Assembly (NCBI GenBank): GCA_013265495.1
Contig: MU058687.1
Coordinates: forward strand, 1,612,001-1,676,000
From: Vicugna vicugna
Taxonomy: Eukaryota
Direction: 5' to 3'
Length of the DNA stretch: 64,000 nucleotides
The translations under genes and the position numbers were made by a program. Position 1 is the first letter of the stretch. Every line of letters starts with the position of its first letter. The notes under the pieces were generated by a model. It did not search any database and had not been told where the DNA came from. It saw only the letters and a list, made by a program, of their open reading frames with translations. Shown here in pieces: positions 60,473-64,000 of the stretch.

Positions 60473-62585
60473 AGTGAGTACATTGCTTTACTTTAATAAC
60501 ATAATTTGTATTTTCTATTTGTTAATACAAGATGTTTTAAGGCAAGAAAAGATTCTCCGTGTGGTCTGTCTTGTCACTGGGTAGGGCAGAGATGGCTTTG
60601 GAGGTGTGGGGACAGGCTGGACTAGTGGAGACTTGGGGTAGAGGAGTCACTCCTGTGGCCTTCCACTGAGGTGGTCTTCTGTTGACATAGACGTTGCCAT
60701 CTTAGTGGGTTATTTTTAAACGTGGAGGCTGAGAAGTTCAGGTGGCCCATGTTGGGGACTGCAACTCAACACCCAATATACGATTGGGGCCATTTCCCAT
60801 ACAGTGTCCACATGAAGACGGTTCACCCGAGTATGACTGCTACCAGGAGAGTCCCCTTTGTTTTGGCTCAGCCTCAAAAGGTGGATGAAATGTTTATGAA
60901 CCAATCACAGCATCCACACCCCAGATCGCACCTGCCAGAATTGGTTCGGTATCTGCAGTTATTCTGAATCACTTTTCTTCTGCATTGTCCTACTTGTTGC
61001 CACTCTCCCCTTCCCAGTTGTGTGTGTTACCTGGATGGGCTGCAGCGATAAGTTTTGTGCACATTTCTTCTCTAGAGACCTGCGCTGTGCCTGTGGCATT
61101 CTGGCACCATACTTGTTAACAGTTCTCAGCTGGAGAGACAACATAACTACTCCACTTTAAATCATCTGGGAAGGGAGCCAAGCCTGGGCTGTTAGAGAAA
61201 TCTGATATTCATAGTATCTGCTATATTCTGTCATTTCTTTAGATCCTTCGGGATCTTGTCTTTATTTATCTGGAATGTTTCTGTGATACATGACTAGAGG
61301 ATCCACATCATTTTACACTCTCATTCAGTCCTTTCTTAGGTTGGCTCCCTGTGGACCTCTACTTTAATGTTGACTGTGTAAGATCATTGCTTTTCTTAAT
61401 GTTTCATTAAAATAGTAACAGAAAGGTGACTTGTACTGCTGATCTGTTTTTCCAGGTGTAGTATTGTGGGGATGTAAGCCTGGAATGGCACCATAAAGGA
61501 AGTCAGCTTGAGAATGAAGCCAACAGAGGAGGGTAGAGCGGGAAGAATTCCAGAGAAATGGAGCTGAGTCCTGAACAAACCATTCCTGAAGCCTATAATC
61601 CTCTTTCCAGTTTCGTGAGCCCATGTTATCTTTATTACTTAAGGTAGATTTTGTTCCTTTCACCTATAGAGCCTTAACTGATAGAGAATTCCTGTTCAAG
61701 TATCAACTTCAAGCTTCCCTTCATGCCCTCACAAGTCCCCTGTCTCCCTTTCTGACTTGTCTCCTACTGTCTACTTTCTAACTTCACTATTCTGTAGTTA
61801 CAGTGATCTTACTCCTTGAGTAAGACTAGATGCCCCCTCTGCCCCAAGTGTCTGCCTTGTGTCTTAAGACATATGATCCCCGGGATTCAAGTCTCAACTC
61901 AGATCCCATCTCCTCAGGGAGGCTTTTCCGGATGGGGATCTAAGTTGTGCACCTCCCTCCCCTTCCTGATCACAACACCATGTTTCCTAGAGTTCTTACC
62001 ACTGTCTGAGGTTATTCTTTCAGGTGTGGGCTTGTTGATAGTCTGTTTCCTTGACCACAGGAGCAGGGACATGGCCTGGGTCATTCATCTCTCTTTCTCG
62101 AGTGTCTGGCACGGAATAAGTGTTCAATAGACACTCACTGAAATAGTGAACGGGCTCTCCCATGCCTGTGCTGTGCGCGAGGGCCCAGCCAGCGTGGAGG
62201 CCCTCGGGGTTGTGTGTGGAGGGCAACCGTCTGCTCCAGTGCCTTGTCCTTAGGGTCCAGTGTTCTCCTTTCCATGGCCACGTTCTGTGTCTTCTGTGCT
62301 GCCCCATTCTGCTTTCTCAAGAATCTGTTTCTTCCTTGGGAAGAAAACAAGAAAGGGTTCTAGCCGTTCAGTTGTGAACTTAGAATCTTGAAGGTGGGGA
62401 AGGAGAGGAGAAAGATTTGATTTCACAAGAAATGATCAAGAGGCAAAAGGCAGCCAGGCTTGCCTGGGTCTTGTGCTGTCCTACTCATTATGGTGGGCGT
62501 GATCAACAGAAAGCTGTGATTCTCCTCCGTTAGGGCTTAGAGGGGGCCAAAGTACAAGGACGGATCAGAGTAGAGGGTTTTTCTA

Positions 62586-62591
62586 TTTATT
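62586..62591 (-). terminator. ERG28: ERG28 polyadenylation signal AATAAA
   Basis: tttatt on + strand, ~650 nt downstream of the ERG28 stop; preceded on the minus strand by TGTA motifs. Confidence 0.75.
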
Positions 62592-63238
62592 ACAAAATTC
62601 TTTACACAAATACAACTGACCAGAAGGTCTAAAAACAGCCCAGACTCTTCCAACCCTGATCCACCTGGAGGCACAAGGATAGGAGTCACGCTCACTCGCA
62701 GGGGAGCCCTTCTTTGAAGAACTGCCTGTCCCTTGGATGGTTCAGAGTCTCGGGTCCAGCAGCAGAGAGGAGTCCAACCTGGATGGACAACCTCTGGAAG
62801 CAGCCCTTAGAGGCAGCTGCTCTGGGTGAGGCAGCAGCTTTAAGTTTCACAGTTCATGTGTTCCCACCATACAAGTCAAATCAAGGGGTCAAAATAAAAG
62901 GAAAAAAGCAGAAGGCTGGAAGAGGGACCCTGGAAGCGGCTATGGGTGGGGAGAGGGCACACAGTGGGTGTCTGAAGTGCTGGCAATTTCTTGATTTGGA
63001 TGGAGGCACAGAGTATTCACTTTAAAATGATTCTTTAAATGGTACATACATTTAAATGGTACAGACTTTACACATGTTATATCTTAAAAATTTCTAAAGA
63101 AAAAACGGAAATGTAAAAGGCTAGAAGGGGCTAAGGGGGCTGATGATGGAGCAGAAAATAAGAAATTAAAAAGCACAGGGTTGCAGGAAGATGATGGCAG
63201 AGGTGGAAGATGAAGTCTTGGATGTGGTGATGTCGGCC

Positions 63239-63318
63239 TCAGTTTCTCTTCTTCTGTCTAGATCCTGGTTCTGCTTCTAGGTACCGGAGCCCAACTAGCA
63301 TACCCAGGATCGAGAAAC
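63239..63318 (-). CDS. ERG28: ERG28 last exon, coding part
   Basis: Minus strand tctctgtatttaag|GT; (S)FSILGMLVGLRYLEAEPGSRQKKRN*; C-terminal KKxx ER-retrieval motif; phase matches the previous exon. Upstream exons lie beyond the window. Confidence 0.95.
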
Positions 63319-63452
63319 CTTAAATACAGAGACAAGATAAGTGGCTCACACAGGCACAGCACTTTCTCACACCGCTCGTATGATCGCTTTCCTGCACCGG
63401 CCCACGGACTGGGACAGTTCCTGCTGGAACCCTGGGGTCATCGGATGCTTAC

Positions 63453-63571
63453 TTGCCACCATCAGGGGTGCTAGGACGCCAATCGTGGGAGCTGCGGTCC
63501 CATAGACGAACAACTCAGAGAGGAAGTGGCCCAGGGCAAGGAGGAAGGTCCAGAGTGTGATGTGGTAGAGC
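63453..63571 (-). CDS. ERG28: ERG28 penultimate coding exon (119 nt)
   Basis: Minus strand cccttgtag|G CTC TAC...; LYHITLWTFLLALGHFLSELFVYGTAAPTIGVLAPLMVA; A|gtaagc; matches recalled ERG28/C14orf1 protein. Confidence 0.95.
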
Positions 63572-64000
63572 CTACAAGGGAGCAGACGGACAAGGGACCT
63601 GAAGGTACTGCTCGTTCAGTGCAGACGAAACGTAGCAGACTTGAAACACACACAAATAGAAACCCAGGAAATGACTCAGGCTAAAGGGAAAGGAGACTTG
63701 GTCCCAAGAAAGACTTGGCTGCTTGACCACATCAGTGTATTTACTTCTAGGGCAAAACTGAAGGTTTCAATTGCTAAACCAGTGGGAGGATGGTCCAGGC
63801 ATTCAGAGTGGAACTCCAAGTCTTAGCAAGGTGGTGAATCCAGCTACAGCAAAGCGGAGTCTGCATTATGGCAATCCTAGGTGGTGTAGGCAATTTTGGA
63901 TTAATCACCCTTAAATATTCTACTTAAACTGGCTTGACTCTAGTTCAAGCTGACCCGGCAGGTGTTTGGCCAGGGGCTGGTCTGTGCTCACATGAGGGAT

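Overview
Mammalian genomic DNA, most likely a camelid: several copies of a short tRNA-headed SINE resemble the Vic-1 family, and I saw no Alu, Bov-tA, PRE-1 or Can-SINE copies. The window holds the complete 10-exon FLVCR2 (MFSD7C/SLC49A2) MFS choline/ethanolamine transporter gene on the + strand: CpG-island promoter ~9.8-11.4 kb, CDS 10774-58871, 1581 nt or 526 aa, all introns GT-AG with consistent phases. It is convergent with the last two coding exons and 3' UTR of ERG28 (C14orf1) on the - strand, the same gene order as human 14q24.3. The rest is intronic or intergenic DNA rich in L1, L2, CR1/L3, MIR, LTR and hAT relics. Most of the short ORFs in the six-frame track are spurious. I found no clearly new multi-gene system. 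The best leads are: (1) a well-formed in-frame 84-nt exon in intron 1 with its own ATG, which could give a short FLVCR1b-like isoform or act as a cassette exon; (2) a stop-free, 3n-length intron 7; (3) MARE/ARE and UPRE motifs suggesting heme/oxidative and ER-stress control; (4) a tailless tRNA-Lys 5'-half retrocopy nested in an L1 nested in a MIR. Repeat family names and human-protein comparisons are from memory and were not checked by any search.
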